64,000 bases of DNA from Patescibacteria group bacterium (GCA_038064495.1 JBBTSZ010000002.1:16717-80716), one strand, 5' to 3'; counted from the stretch's first letter, positions 9,375-19,990 are shown. The notes: generated by a model not told the origin, from the letters alone. Numbers and translations are program-made.

Positions 9375-10891
9375 GGGCTAGCAGCAACAGTAAGCATTTT
9401 TGTGAAGAGCGATGGGGTTGTCTCAGAATCAGTAGCTACACTTTGTTCTTGGGCATACGTAATGTCGCTAATACTTGGCATAGAATTACTACCCAAAAGT
9501 GTCTGATAGGCTGCAGATGCTGTTGCAACTGCGCTTGTCTGGGTCTTTGCACTACCTCCAGACGCCCCGAGGTCAGCAATGATTTGATCAATAGTGTTAA
9601 TTGCAGCCCCAGCATTTGCGATTGCTGTTGTACCTTGCGTAATAATCGTCTGAACTTGAGACGCATTTGGACTATTCTGTGCACAGCTTGAGTTTTGGAT
9701 AGCAGTTTTTGCAGAATTTGCCGCGTCAGCTATCTTTGTCCAGTTTGTTTGGTACGCTTGCAACTGTACTTTTTGCTGCCCAAGCGTCGTAACAAAGTTG
9801 GTGCTTAAGTTCGAGTTGGCCGAGGCGTTACTATACTGAGTAGAATCAGCAGCCTGGTCTATAAAGGAACGTCCTCCTCCTGAACTTGGTTGAGAAAGGC
9901 CTCCAAGACCTGTTCCCCCAACTACGTTACTAACTAATTGTCCGATAAGCGCACCCACAATCTCGTTTAGTTCATCAGAAGAAGTAAGCTGGTCTACCGA
10001 ACTACCCAGGGTTTTGGTGAGTTGATCGTGAATGATAGCTCCTGGAGTGACAATATTTTGATGCAGACACGGAACAGTTCCTGATAGTTTTACCGACGGA
10101 GTTAATACTACTGGTGAAGTAGGTGTTGTAGGAGTGCCGTTGAAATTAAGAATTCCACCAGCCTGATTTACAGTTGTAGATGTATTTGAGGAGGCACAAT
10201 CACCCTGCCATGAGAGGAAACCATTTCCCCAACTCAGTTTTGTTTTCTCAGTATCTACCTGATTCGCTATTTGTTGTTTGAGGGCGTCGCGCTGAAGTAA
10301 ATCAGCACCAAATGGATTGTTTGCCGGGTTTGCTATTGCTGAAAAGAAAGCATCCCAACCACCCCCTTCTACAAATCGACCTTCATAGAGTGCATTCGGA
10401 TCATTGCTTACCTGATTTAGCGTATACGGATTTTGAAGGAAGAAACCATCACGTGTTGTTGAGATGAAGTAATCTCTACGGAGGGCAGCTGTTAAAACAT
10501 CTTGAAACGGTGACGTGATTGCTGTGTTTGTTTCAAGCTGATTCAAGAAATCATTAGCAACGGTGTCCCCCACCTTTAGGAGTCGCGTATCAAGATCAGT
10601 AATAAAAGCGGGAGAACCTTTAAAGCCAGAGTTAATCCAGTTAACGACACTCTTTGTTACCGACTGAAGTGCCACCTTACTTACGATGTAGGCAAGCGGA
10701 TCAAGAGCAAATTCCTTAACGTTCAAGGTAGTGTTTTGAACTGCTGAAAGTGAGTTAACAACATGGTTAGCTGGGTCGTACACAATGAACGCCCGTGTCG
10801 TACGAGGAAATGAGAGTACACCAATAAAGACAATACTGATAAGTCCTACACAAGTACGAAGCAAAAACTGATTTAAAGTAGTGGAACTCAT
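9365..10891 (-). CDS. membrane-anchored extracellular protein (N-terminal TM anchor), unknown function
   Basis: ORF 508 aa; overlaps neighbours by 10 and 4 nt. Confidence 0.5.
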   Translation of the reverse strand: MSSTTLNQFLLRTCVGLISIVFIGVLSFPRTTRAFIVYDPANHVVNSLSAVQNTTLNVKEFALDPLAYIVSKVALQSVTKSVVNWINSGFKGSPAFITDLDTRLLKVGDTVANDFLNQLETNTAITSPFQDVLTAALRRDYFISTTRDGFFLQNPYTLNQVSNDPNALYEGRFVEGGGWDAFFSAIANPANNPFGADLLQRDALKQQIANQVDTEKTKLSWGNGFLSWQGDCASSNTSTTVNQAGGILNFNGTPTTPTSPVVLTPSVKLSGTVPCLHQNIVTPGAIIHDQLTKTLGSSVDQLTSSDELNEIVGALIGQLVSNVVGGTGLGGLSQPSSGGGRSFIDQAADSTQYSNASANSNLSTNFVTTLGQQKVQLQAYQTNWTKIADAANSAKTAIQNSSCAQNSPNASQVQTIITQGTTAIANAGAAINTIDQIIADLGASGGSAKTQTSAVATASAAYQTLLGSNSMPSISDITYAQEQSVATDSETTPSLFTKMLTVAASPCI

Positions 10892-11889
10892 GGTTTCGTG
10901 TTTTGTGTTACCGCAGCAGTTTTAAAAGCGGCTCTCATAGCGGAACCAGTTGCTCCATCCGGAATCACAACTGCTTCAGAATCAAAAACGGTATTAAGTA
11001 GGCTAAGACTCCTCGCCATTTGTTGAAGCGTATTTTCATACGAACTAAGACCAATCATCGCGCGAAGCGGGTCCACTTTAATGCTCGCAAGGTCCAAAAT
11101 AACGTCGCTCATGTGCATGAGTGAGTTTGCAAGTCCAAGGTGTGCCGCCGCGGCTTCTTTCGGTACTGATATTTTCATCATCGCCTGTGCAATCTTCTGA
11201 TAATCCGTACCAATAAGAGTTACTTTTGCTAATGATGCAGCATCCCCTTTATTTACTGCGTCTGAAAAGTATTCAACTTCAGACTTCGTAGTCGGTGTGG
11301 TGTTAGCAGCAAAGGTTTTTTCTAGATCAGCCGCATAACGCGTAAGTGCTTCAGGACCCTCACCGGACACGCGTATCTGCCCCTGATTAAAGGCGTCCGG
11401 AACGACCTGGCTCGCCTTCAAATCTCCAACCCCAGCTTCCACAAACTTCACAATATCAGCCTGGGTAGGAGGAGTCGCGCCTCGCGTGCTGAGGTACTGC
11501 TCAAATAATTTGCGAGAAAACTGGTCGGTAACGGTAGTTGCTCCAGCAGTAACGCCAGGAATAGAGCTTATGTTTACCGGTGTGGTTGTTGCAGTTGCAA
11601 ACTTTGGCTTCACGAGGCCTTGGTTTACTGCTTCCCCATCGGTTACTTGTGCGTTTACGGAGTGAGCATTGTCCGGGTCGGTGCCATAGAGCGCTTCCTC
11701 CCAGTCCGGAAGGCCATCAGTGTCAGTGTCTTTTGCAGCATAGGTAACCAGGAGGTCGTGGGTTGATTCTGCGTCAACGGTTTTCGTGAAAAAAGGAACC
11801 GGACCGGAGACGACATAGGCCGAACCAATGAGCACTATGGAGATAGCTGATGCTGAAATGATGAGGGTGGTACGGGTAGAATAAGCCAC
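10888..11889 (-). CDS. membrane-anchored protein with Asp-rich (DTDxDGxPDWEE) calcium-binding-like motif; first gene of cluster
   Basis: ORF 333 aa; N-terminal hydrophobic helix; motif DTDTDGLPDWEEALYGTDPD. Confidence 0.5.
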   Translation of the reverse strand: MAYSTRTTLIISASAISIVLIGSAYVVSGPVPFFTKTVDAESTHDLLVTYAAKDTDTDGLPDWEEALYGTDPDNAHSVNAQVTDGEAVNQGLVKPKFATATTTPVNISSIPGVTAGATTVTDQFSRKLFEQYLSTRGATPPTQADIVKFVEAGVGDLKASQVVPDAFNQGQIRVSGEGPEALTRYAADLEKTFAANTTPTTKSEVEYFSDAVNKGDAASLAKVTLIGTDYQKIAQAMMKISVPKEAAAAHLGLANSLMHMSDVILDLASIKVDPLRAMIGLSSYENTLQQMARSLSLLNTVFDSEAVVIPDGATGSAMRAAFKTAAVTQNTKP

Positions 11890-11970
11890 AGTATGTACTC
11901 AAAATAGTAGCACGTAGAACACAACAAAAACGTGGACGGTTGTGTGGATGTGCACGAAAACAAAGGATTT

Positions 11971-12816
11971 TTACAAAAGTGAGGAAAGTTTTTTCCAAAC
12001 AGCGACCGGTACATCTTCTGCACGTACTTTTGGGTTAAGCCCGCACTCAGAAAAGGCCTGCGTTATCTCCCCTGCAGTCGCAATGGCCTCAAGATTCTTG
12101 ATAAGGAGCTTACGTTTGTGCGCAAAACCTGCATGGAGGACCGCGAAGAATCGCTCTTCTTCGGCGGGTGACGAAAAGGGCTGAGTAATGTTTCCGATAT
12201 ACAATACCGCTGAATCCACCTTCGGAGCGGGACGAAAGGCACCGCGTGGCACTGTAAAGCGATACTTTGGGGTACCAAATACCTTCACCGAAAGCGACAA
12301 AAGGCTCTCTTTTTTACTTCGAGTAATGCGCACCGCGACCTCTTTCTGCACGAGAAAGGTTATGTGGTTTGGTTTATAAGGTCCTGAAAGGAGGAAACGT
12401 AACAATTCTCCTGTGATGTAGTAGGGAATATTTGCGACCGCGACGTAGTCGCGAGGGAGTGTAGAGAGGTCAAACGTACGAACATCTCCCTGAACAAGGG
12501 TGAGTTTTCCGGACGCGATCTCTGTTTGGAACGTTTCCGTCAGTCTGGGAATGAGTTCTGCATCAGCCTCAACGGCAACAACATGCCCAGCCTCTGCTAG
12601 AAGTGACTTCGTGAGCATTCCCGTTCCGGGCCCGATTTCAAGCACCGTGCTGAGAGCAAAAAGATCGGCCGACTTTGCAATACGGTTTGCCGTAGCCTGG
12701 TGCATCAAAAAATTTTGTCCGAGTGATTGTTTCGCCACCACACCAATTTCTCTTGGATTATTTTTACCTCTTCCACCGGGTGTGTTTGAAGAATTGGTGT
12801 GATGGTTCGCGCGCAT
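11971..12816 (-). CDS. rsmA: 16S rRNA (adenine1518/1519-N6)-dimethyltransferase
   Basis: GQNFL motif and SAM-binding LEIGPGTGMLT in translation. Confidence 0.85.
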   Translation of the reverse strand: MRANHHTNSSNTPGGRGKNNPREIGVVAKQSLGQNFLMHQATANRIAKSADLFALSTVLEIGPGTGMLTKSLLAEAGHVVAVEADAELIPRLTETFQTEIASGKLTLVQGDVRTFDLSTLPRDYVAVANIPYYITGELLRFLLSGPYKPNHITFLVQKEVAVRITRSKKESLLSLSVKVFGTPKYRFTVPRGAFRPAPKVDSAVLYIGNITQPFSSPAEEERFFAVLHAGFAHKRKLLIKNLEAIATAGEITQAFSECGLNPKVRAEDVPVAVWKKLSSLL

Positions 12817-12820
12817 ACCT

Positions 12821-14743
12821 TTATATATGTATCACCCCCTCATCCTCCCGATCACCATACGTTACTTGCATAAGACCCGGATCAATATCATGTAAAAAAC
12901 TAGATGGTTCAGACATGTAGTCGGTGCCGTAAATACGCCTGACGCGCGCCATCGTGAGAATGAGGTGCGCTTTCGCTCGCGTCATTGCGACATAAAAGAG
13001 CCGGCGCTCTTCTTCTTCGTCTCGCTCCTCCTCTTGACCCATTCCTTCGTGCGGGAAGAGTCCCTCTTCCATACCCGAGACAAACACCACTTCAAACTCA
13101 AGACCCTTCGCAGCGTGCACCGTCATCAACGTCACACCCTTTGCATTTTTCTCATTCGTTTGCGGTCGGTCCAGTTCGTCTTGGTCACCTGCAAGCGCAG
13201 TATCGGCAAGGAAGGCATCAATACCTTCGGTGCCCGGGCGTGCGTCGTAGCGACTTGCGAGAGTCGCAAGTTCCTTTGCGTTCTCTAGTCGCTCGCGGTC
13301 CTCTTCCCCACCCTTAGCAAGCGTGTCTTCAATCCCAGAGAGCTGAATCACGCGACGCACGAACGCGGACGGCGCTGCGGCCCTACTTTCTTCATGGAGT
13401 GTTTGCACAAGTGATTCAAATGCTTCCACTTTCGCACGCACTGCAGGCGTCAAACCATCTTTCTTTCCTGCGGCAATTTTAGCGACCGTTACTTTTCCGA
13501 TGCCGCGCGGCGGAGATTGCACTGCTCGTACACGGTCGCTTTCGCGGGTAGGCTCTAGCGCAAGCCTGACCCATGCAAGTACATCCTTCACCTCTTTGCG
13601 GTCGAGAAAGCGCGTACCAAGAAGCCGGTACGGGATGCCCGCAGCGAGAAACGCTTCTTCAAGTGCACGCGACTGAAAGTTCGTACGGTACAGGACCGCA
13701 ATCTCTTCGGGAGGAATACCCTGACCCATAAACTCTCGCACGCTCATAGTGACACCTCGTGCTTCAAGTTCAGCCGAGTCCGATACATCAAGTCGAATAG
13801 GGTGTCCATCCGCATTGTCTGTGACGGAGCGCTTCTCTTTCCTATTCCTATTCTTCTCGATGATGGCATTACTCGCAGTCACAATAGTCTTCGTTGAGCG
13901 GTAATTGTGTTCAAGCACAATCGTTTTTGCTTCAGGGTAGGTTTCTTCAAATGCGAGTAAGTTTTCAATGGTTGCACCGCGCCAGGTGTAAATTGTTTGA
14001 TCTATATCTCCCACGACAAACAAATTTTTATGTGGAGCGGCAAGCAAGTTAGAAAGACGACCCTGTAGTTCGTTGGTGTCTTGGTACTCATCCACATGAA
14101 TGTAGGAGAAACGGTCCTGTGCACGTTTGCGGACTTCGGGATACTCTTCAAGCAGACGAACTGGTTTGACGATGAGGTCGTCGAAATCAAGAGCCTTCTC
14201 TTTTTTCAAAACATTTTCATAGTGACGCCACGCTTCGCTTGTGATGCGAGAACGAAAACTGTCCCGTCCAAATTTCGCTCGGTACTCTTCTTCGGTGTGC
14301 CCCTCCCCTTTTGCTTTGCTGATACGCGAGAGTATAAATCGTGGTGAGATTTCTTTCGGGTCTATTTCTAGAATCTTGAGCGCCTCTTTGATGGCGCGTT
14401 CTGAATCATCCCGGTCGTACACGCTGAAGTATCGCGGCACGCCCATCACTGAGCCGTAGTTCTGAAGCAGGTCGCGCCCGAGCCCATGGAAGGTGGCGAC
14501 GAACGGAAGCGGGCCGTCCTGAAGCAAGTTTCGAAGGCGCTCTTTCATCTCCCGGGCAGCTTTGTTTGTGAAGGTGACGGCAAGAATCCGCTCCGGAGGC
14601 GTCCCCTCCCGGATAAGGTGAAGGATGCGAGTGGTGAGGACTCGGGTTTTACCTGAGCCAGCTCCCGCCAGAATAGAAATAGGTCCCTCCGTCGTAAGGA
14701 CCGCTTCTTTTTGTCTGTCGTTGAGTCCTTGGAGGTAATTCAC
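12821..14743 (-). CDS. pcrA: UvrD/PcrA-family ATP-dependent DNA helicase
   Basis: Motifs AGAGSGKTRVLT, AVTFTNKAAREM; ORF extends to 14890 but conserved N-terminus begins near an in-frame GTG at 14743 (start uncertain). Confidence 0.8.
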   Translation of the reverse strand: MNYLQGLNDRQKEAVLTTEGPISILAGAGSGKTRVLTTRILHLIREGTPPERILAVTFTNKAAREMKERLRNLLQDGPLPFVATFHGLGRDLLQNYGSVMGVPRYFSVYDRDDSERAIKEALKILEIDPKEISPRFILSRISKAKGEGHTEEEYRAKFGRDSFRSRITSEAWRHYENVLKKEKALDFDDLIVKPVRLLEEYPEVRKRAQDRFSYIHVDEYQDTNELQGRLSNLLAAPHKNLFVVGDIDQTIYTWRGATIENLLAFEETYPEAKTIVLEHNYRSTKTIVTASNAIIEKNRNRKEKRSVTDNADGHPIRLDVSDSAELEARGVTMSVREFMGQGIPPEEIAVLYRTNFQSRALEEAFLAAGIPYRLLGTRFLDRKEVKDVLAWVRLALEPTRESDRVRAVQSPPRGIGKVTVAKIAAGKKDGLTPAVRAKVEAFESLVQTLHEESRAAAPSAFVRRVIQLSGIEDTLAKGGEEDRERLENAKELATLASRYDARPGTEGIDAFLADTALAGDQDELDRPQTNEKNAKGVTLMTVHAAKGLEFEVVFVSGMEEGLFPHEGMGQEEERDEEEERRLFYVAMTRAKAHLILTMARVRRIYGTDYMSEPSSFLHDIDPGLMQVTYGDREDEGVIHI

Positions 14744-14873
14744 TTGCCAACTATACCGTAAAATTGTTCTCAACAGGTGCTTTTTTAGGCGGTTGACCCT
14801 CCCTCCTCGGACGGTATACTGGCCAAGTTGATAGCTACGACTGAACGGTAGATACGGCTTATATAAGCCATAT

Positions 14874-16073
14874 TTGATTACAGACGACACTCCAGAGTTC
14901 CCCTTCTTCCTTATATTGTCTTTCTATAAAACTTTCGCTTCGGTGCTTTGCCGATTGAATCGAAATGCATATCTCGCAAGCACCCTTACCACCCTTGTGG
15001 GAGCTCTCTCGCTAGCCTCATCGCTAGCGTTTCCTATTACAACCAACGCCTATTGGTTGCCTTGGACTATATCCTTTGCCGGAAATCCAGGGGGTGAACC
15101 ACCTATCATTCACGATAGCAGCATTCCCCTCCTTCAGGCAGCAGTGAACTCGGACCCAAATCCAGAAAAGGGTGGGAGTGATATTCAACTCACCGAGGGC
15201 TCGGCGCTCATGGCCAACTCAGGCCCAGAAGGCACCCTTGCCGACATTGATATGACCTCATCTGCCGGACAAATTACCACCTACGTGGTACGTCCGGGCG
15301 ACACCATTTCCAACATCGCGAGGAATTTTGGTGTCTCCGCAAACACCATTTTGTGGGCTAACAACCTCACAACGAAGAGCAAGGTAACGCCAGGCACGAC
15401 TCTCGTTATTCTTCCGGTCTCCGGTCTTCAACACAAAGTAACAAAGGGCGAAACCCTTGCTGGTATTGCGAAGAAATTTAAAGCAGACGCAGGCGACGTT
15501 GCTTCCTATAACGGCCTCTCTGTCGGAGACGGCCTTACCGTTGGTGACATTCTCATAATTCCTGGAGGCGAACTCTCCGTTGCTTCAAGTAAAACGGCAA
15601 CGAGCGGTAAGACCAAAACCAACATTAAACAAGGTGGTGGGCTCGTCAGTATTTTGAAGAATCCCTACCGTGGTGGAAGTGGTGCTGAAATAGATGGTTA
15701 CTACACGAACCCCGTACCGGGCGGACTCCTCACCCAAGGCATCCATGGCTGGAACGGTGTTGATCTCGGTGCGCCTGCAGGTACACCGGTGTACGCAGCG
15801 GCAGGCGGAACGGTTATCGTCTCACGCGTCGGCGGATGGAACGGTGGTTACGGTAACTACATTGTTATCGATCATGGCAATGGAACCCAGACACTCTACT
15901 CCCATCTTTCAAGTGATAATGTTTCGGTAGGACAAACGGTTTCTCGTGCCGCAGCTATTGGTGCCGTAGGACACACCGGTGAAGCGACCGGAAACCATCT
16001 CCACTTTGAGGTTCGTGGTGCGCGGAATCCATTTGCGGGATGTACGGCCATGACCCACTGCTCTCCGAAGTAA
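14874..16073 (+). CDS. LysM-domain M23 family metallopeptidase (cell-wall endopeptidase)
   Basis: Two LysM-like repeats (YVVRPGDTISNIARNFG..., HKVTKGETLAGIAKKF...) and M23 motifs HxxxD/HLHFE; signal-like segment; start may be an in-frame TTG at 14955. Confidence 0.85.
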   Translation: MITDDTPEFPFFLILSFYKTFASVLCRLNRNAYLASTLTTLVGALSLASSLAFPITTNAYWLPWTISFAGNPGGEPPIIHDSSIPLLQAAVNSDPNPEKGGSDIQLTEGSALMANSGPEGTLADIDMTSSAGQITTYVVRPGDTISNIARNFGVSANTILWANNLTTKSKVTPGTTLVILPVSGLQHKVTKGETLAGIAKKFKADAGDVASYNGLSVGDGLTVGDILIIPGGELSVASSKTATSGKTKTNIKQGGGLVSILKNPYRGGSGAEIDGYYTNPVPGGLLTQGIHGWNGVDLGAPAGTPVYAAAGGTVIVSRVGGWNGGYGNYIVIDHGNGTQTLYSHLSSDNVSVGQTVSRAAAIGAVGHTGEATGNHLHFEVRGARNPFAGCTAMTHCSPK

Positions 16074-16101
16074 AAATCCCCTCGCATGAGGGGATTTTTA
16101 T
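16072..16101. terminator. bidirectional intrinsic terminator between convergent genes
   Basis: AAAAATCCCCTCGCATGAGGGGATTTTTA. Confidence 0.6.
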
Positions 16102-17642
16102 TCAAACCCAAACAACCCACGTGGCCGATACTGCAACGCTTCAAGAATATGAGATGGCTCAACCTTCTCGCTACCCGCGAGGTCCGCAATTGTGCGGGCG
16201 ACCCGCATCACTCGGTGATACGCACGCGGAGAAAGCTGTAATTTTGTTGCCGCAGATAGAAGCGTACTCCGGGCTCCGTCCGTAAATGCTCCAACTTTGT
16301 CTAATTCTTTTGCTGAAAGCAATGCGTTGCTCATGGAGTCACTTCCATGACGCTTTCGCGCAAGCTTTCGTGCGGAAAGCACCCGCTTACGTACGGTAAC
16401 GGAGGATTCTCCTTCAGTTAAGCTCGCCAAATCTTCATGTGCTACGTGTGGCACCTCAACCCACAAATCAAGACGGTCAGCGATAGGTCGTGAAATCTTT
16501 CGTGCTTGCTTGCGGGCAGCCCTCACCGCAACGTCACTATCAGCTGAAAGCGTGTCTGCAGGATTCATCGCCGCAACGAGCATACTGTCTGCCGGAAAGG
16601 TGATGGTTGCACGTGCGCGCGACACGGTGACCACCTTGTCTTCCAGTGGCTGACGCAGTGCCTCAAGGGTGCGCGCATCAAATTCCGGAAACTCATCGAG
16701 AAATAAAACCCCTTTGTGTGCGAGGGTTACTTCACCGGCACGTGGATACGCTCCCCCACCCACCATCGCCGTATGGGAAATCGTGTGATGCGGCGAACGA
16801 AACGGCGGATGGCGCACGGGCCCATCTGAAAGGGTGCCTGCTGTTGAATGGATAGCAGTAACCTCAAGCACCTCGTCCTCGGTTAAGGGTGGCAAGATAC
16901 CGGAAAGTGCACGCGCAAGCATCGTCTTTCCGGTTCCAGGTGGTCCATACAACACGAGGTTATGCCGTCCGGCTGCTGCTATTTCAAGCGCACGCTTCGC
17001 ACTCTCCTGCCCTTTTATCTCAGCAAGGTTCAGTACAATCGGTGCCTCTTCAGTTACCACAGTACGCTCTTTTTCTTCCAAAAGCTTATCGCCTTTCAAA
17101 TGGGCAACGAGCGCGCTAAGGGTCTCTGGCGCGTACACGCGAATGCCCTGTGCAAGAAGTGCTTCGTGTACATTTCCAGGCGGTACAAAGACACTCGTAT
17201 AACCGGCACCTTTCGCTGCAACCACTTGAGGTAATACACCGCGCACCGTGCGTAGCTTTCCATCAAGAGAGAGTTCTCCACAAAACAAAACGGGTTCTTT
17301 CGGAATAGATAGTTCCCCGGCAGCGGCAAGGTAGCAAAGCGCGAGCGCGACATCATAGTGCGAACCCTCTTTTTTCAAGTCCGCAGGAGAAAGCGAGAGT
17401 ACAATACGCCGGTTCTCTGCTTTCGGAGATTTAAATCCACTGTGACGAATCGCAGCTGCAATACGGTCCCGAGCTTCTTCAACAGCTTTATCTGCAAGAC
17501 CGACTATGGAAAAGGAGTGAAGACCCCGCGTAAGGTCAGCCTCTATCGTTACGAGCTCCGCCTTCGCGCCAACAGGCTGGGCCGCGTACAAGGAACCATA
17601 CCCATGGGTTTCAATCTTGCGAGCGGTGGGAGAAGCGGCCAC
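16098..17642 (-). CDS. comM: YifB/ComM family Mg-chelatase-like AAA+ ATPase
   Basis: Walker [11 protein letters not shown], ChlI-type motifs, N-terminal Lon-like domain. Confidence 0.85.
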   Translation of the reverse strand: MAASPTARKIETHGYGSLYAAQPVGAKAELVTIEADLTRGLHSFSIVGLADKAVEEARDRIAAAIRHSGFKSPKAENRRIVLSLSPADLKKEGSHYDVALALCYLAAAGELSIPKEPVLFCGELSLDGKLRTVRGVLPQVVAAKGAGYTSVFVPPGNVHEALLAQGIRVYAPETLSALVAHLKGDKLLEEKERTVVTEEAPIVLNLAEIKGQESAKRALEIAAAGRHNLVLYGPPGTGKTMLARALSGILPPLTEDEVLEVTAIHSTAGTLSDGPVRHPPFRSPHHTISHTAMVGGGAYPRAGEVTLAHKGVLFLDEFPEFDARTLEALRQPLEDKVVTVSRARATITFPADSMLVAAMNPADTLSADSDVAVRAARKQARKISRPIADRLDLWVEVPHVAHEDLASLTEGESSVTVRKRVLSARKLARKRHGSDSMSNALLSAKELDKVGAFTDGARSTLLSAATKLQLSPRAYHRVMRVARTIADLAGSEKVEPSHILEALQYRPRGLFGFE

Positions 17643-17665
17643 GGCTCAATTGTACACCGGGACGG

Positions 17666-18016
17666 TTACAGGTGTGCCTTACACGTTGTGGCAGCAGGGT
17701 CTGCGTTAAGGCGCTCCCCTTCAATCTTTTCACCACAAACACTACACGTTCCGTAGGTCCCTTCTTCAATACGTACAAGCGCAGCGAGTACGTTGTTGTA
17801 GCGAATCTCCAGATCCTTCAGAATTGCGGTATTTTCTTCAAATCCTTCAATCAAGTCGGCCGCATCATTTGGGTCAGCCTCCTTCCCGGTTTCGCTTGGC
17901 ACTGCTTCCCAGTCAGTTGGGTTAGAGGGATTTCGTCTGCCAATACTCGCAAGCTCTGTTTCCAGTCTAGTCTTCTCTTCGGTCAGCACGGTTTTGAAAT
18001 GTGACGTGTCGTTCAT
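17666..18016 (-). CDS. DksA/TraR-family C4-type zinc-finger protein
   Basis: C-terminal CSVCGEKIEGERLNADPAATTCKAH. Confidence 0.65.
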   Translation of the reverse strand: MNDTSHFKTVLTEEKTRLETELASIGRRNPSNPTDWEAVPSETGKEADPNDAADLIEGFEENTAILKDLEIRYNNVLAALVRIEEGTYGTCSVCGEKIEGERLNADPAATTCKAHL

Positions 18017-18050
18017 GAGGGCTACTGTAGCATTCCTAGAAACAAAAATC

Positions 18051-19418
18051 CTACTGTTGCTTTGTGGCAGACAGGCGGTTTATGAGTTCAGCGAATGCAG
18101 ATTCGTCTCGCGCAACGATAAGGGTGGATTTATCACGATATCCGTACAAGAAAATGGTGCGTCCCTGACTATCCTTGAGTGCTCGTACATCATGGTTGCT
18201 TGCGACTTCGTCTACGAACTGTGGAGGGCGAATAATCTGCACGGGTGCGGGAATAGTTTGTACGGTCGTTACCAGTTTTCCTTTTACAAAAGTTGTTGAG
18301 GTAGCGTAGGTAGGAAGCAGAGCCGCAGGAGGGTCATACGCTGGATAGAGTTGAGCGAGTTCTGTCTCCATCAGCCCCTCCCACGTGAGCATGCCGGCAA
18401 AGGTTCGTTCATAGGAAAGCACACGAAGGATGAAGAAAGGCCTGGTCTCAGCTCCTGCATGCACAATACCGACAGTACTCTCTGGAGCGATGTTACGAAG
18501 AAGGATGTCGGGTGCCGCAAGCTGGAGCGCACCAAAGAGTCTTCCTCCAGGAAGTGCAATATCCATAACTGGGTTACCTGCGCTTGTGGATGCCTGACTC
18601 AGGTAAAGTACTCGCACTTGTCCCACGCTAAGTGGCTGGCGAGCAGATTCATTCAAGGCTGCGATAAGCGTATCCCCCTCTCCTTTCACGGGTTGGCGGT
18701 CATCAGCAAAGACAAGCGATGAGACCACCGGACCAGCAAGCGGTACGCTAGCGTGGCTACGTACATAGGTGTAGGCGGCATAGGCTCCCCCACCGGCAAG
18801 CAGAATAAGCACAAAACTAAAAGCGACAAGGAGCGCATTCTTATGCTGTTTCACCGCTTGCGCGGGTTGTGTAGCAAGTTTTCCCGCATCTCCTTCAGCA
18901 GCTAGTACAGAGAAGGTAGAAGCTTGTTTAGTATCAATACGGTCTGAGAAATCAGAACTATAGGTATGTATCGGCGAGACGTTTTCGAGTGATACCGGAG
19001 TGGGAGCTGGCGCGGGTGGGACGAACTCTTGCGGAGCAACAGGAACCGGGACCGGTGGAGGTGGTGGTAAGTTAGGAAGCGGTGCTGGAGGCGGCGCAGG
19101 CTGCGGAACAACAGGCGGAGCAGGAACTGGTTCAGGAGTCACGGGAAGTGCACTGTTCGGGATAGAAGCAGCTAGTGGCGTGGGGGTGGGCATGGTCCCT
19201 GGCAAGAAGTCACCCTCTTGTACCGGATCATACTTCGCACGCGCGCGAAGCCGCTCAAGTACCTCGTCCCGTTCCACAGGCGCCGGTCCTCCTGCAATCG
19301 GCGTGCCAGGAATTACCGGAGCTTTTCCAGAAAGCGCCGCAACGTCCTTCGCGTAGGTACGAATATATGACTGGGTCGAATCATCGGCCATAGTATTCCT
19401 TAAAGTATAACCGCTCAC
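18051..19418 (-). CDS. bitopic membrane protein with proline-rich N-terminal region
   Basis: ORF 455 aa; PxP-rich stretch then single TM (LLVAFSFVLILLAGGGAYAAYTYV) then ~240-aa domain. Confidence 0.5.
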   Translation of the reverse strand: MSGYTLRNTMADDSTQSYIRTYAKDVAALSGKAPVIPGTPIAGGPAPVERDEVLERLRARAKYDPVQEGDFLPGTMPTPTPLAASIPNSALPVTPEPVPAPPVVPQPAPPPAPLPNLPPPPPVPVPVAPQEFVPPAPAPTPVSLENVSPIHTYSSDFSDRIDTKQASTFSVLAAEGDAGKLATQPAQAVKQHKNALLVAFSFVLILLAGGGAYAAYTYVRSHASVPLAGPVVSSLVFADDRQPVKGEGDTLIAALNESARQPLSVGQVRVLYLSQASTSAGNPVMDIALPGGRLFGALQLAAPDILLRNIAPESTVGIVHAGAETRPFFILRVLSYERTFAGMLTWEGLMETELAQLYPAYDPPAALLPTYATSTTFVKGKLVTTVQTIPAPVQIIRPPQFVDEVASNHDVRALKDSQGRTIFLYGYRDKSTLIVARDESAFAELINRLSATKQQ

Positions 19419-19430
19419 TGCCGAGTAAAA

Positions 19431-19466
19431 GAAAAAACGCTACGCAAAACTGCGTAGCGTTTTTTC
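19431..19466. terminator. bidirectional intrinsic terminator
   Basis: AAAAAACGCTACGCAAAACTGCGTAGCGTTTTTT (perfect 11-bp stem, A-tract/T-tract). Confidence 0.7.
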
Positions 19467-19474
19467 AAACAGTC

Positions 19475-19990
19475 CTACCCGCGATAGCCGATAAGAAATT
19501 TCTTGGGTTCATCACACATGTCGGTGAACGCATGAGCAGCCTCCTTCAGTTTTGCTGAAGAGGACTTTCCAAACGAAATGACCTCCACCTGACACCCTTC
19601 GTTCATATCTAAGTACTCAATAAGCGGAACAAAGTCGCCGTCGCCGGTTGCAAGAATAATGGTATCGAGCTTCGGCGCGAGCTTCACTGCGTCAATCGCG
19701 AGGCCGACGTCCCAGTCGGCTTTTTTTGCACCGTCAGAAAAGACCTGGAGGCCTTTTACTTTGGTTTCGATGCCGATTTTCGTGAGCGCTTCAAAGAAGG
19801 CACTCTCTTCCCCACTGTCGGTTGAGATAACGTAGGCAATAGAACGAACGAGTACGCGGTCACCGACTGCTTCCTCGAGCACCTTCTGGAAATTAACGCG
19901 TGACTTATAGAGATGCTTTGCACTGTGATAGAGATTCTGTGTGTCTATGAAAACCCCAACGCGTTGCGCCGGATGCTTAATAACTGCCAT
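19475..19990 (-). CDS. NYN/LabA-like (PIN-fold) domain protein
   Basis: VGVFIDTQNLYHS... pattern typical of NYN domain. Confidence 0.7.
   Translation of the reverse strand: MAVIKHPAQRVGVFIDTQNLYHSAKHLYKSRVNFQKVLEEAVGDRVLVRSIAYVISTDSGEESAFFEALTKIGIETKVKGLQVFSDGAKKADWDVGLAIDAVKLAPKLDTIILATGDGDFVPLIEYLDMNEGCQVEVISFGKSSSAKLKEAAHAFTDMCDEPKKFLIGYRG

Noticed and set aside
19000-19356. Gly-rich ORF antisense to the proline-rich membrane protein gene
   Set aside because: Mirror image of a Pro-rich (CCN) coding region (GGN on opposite strand). Spurious.
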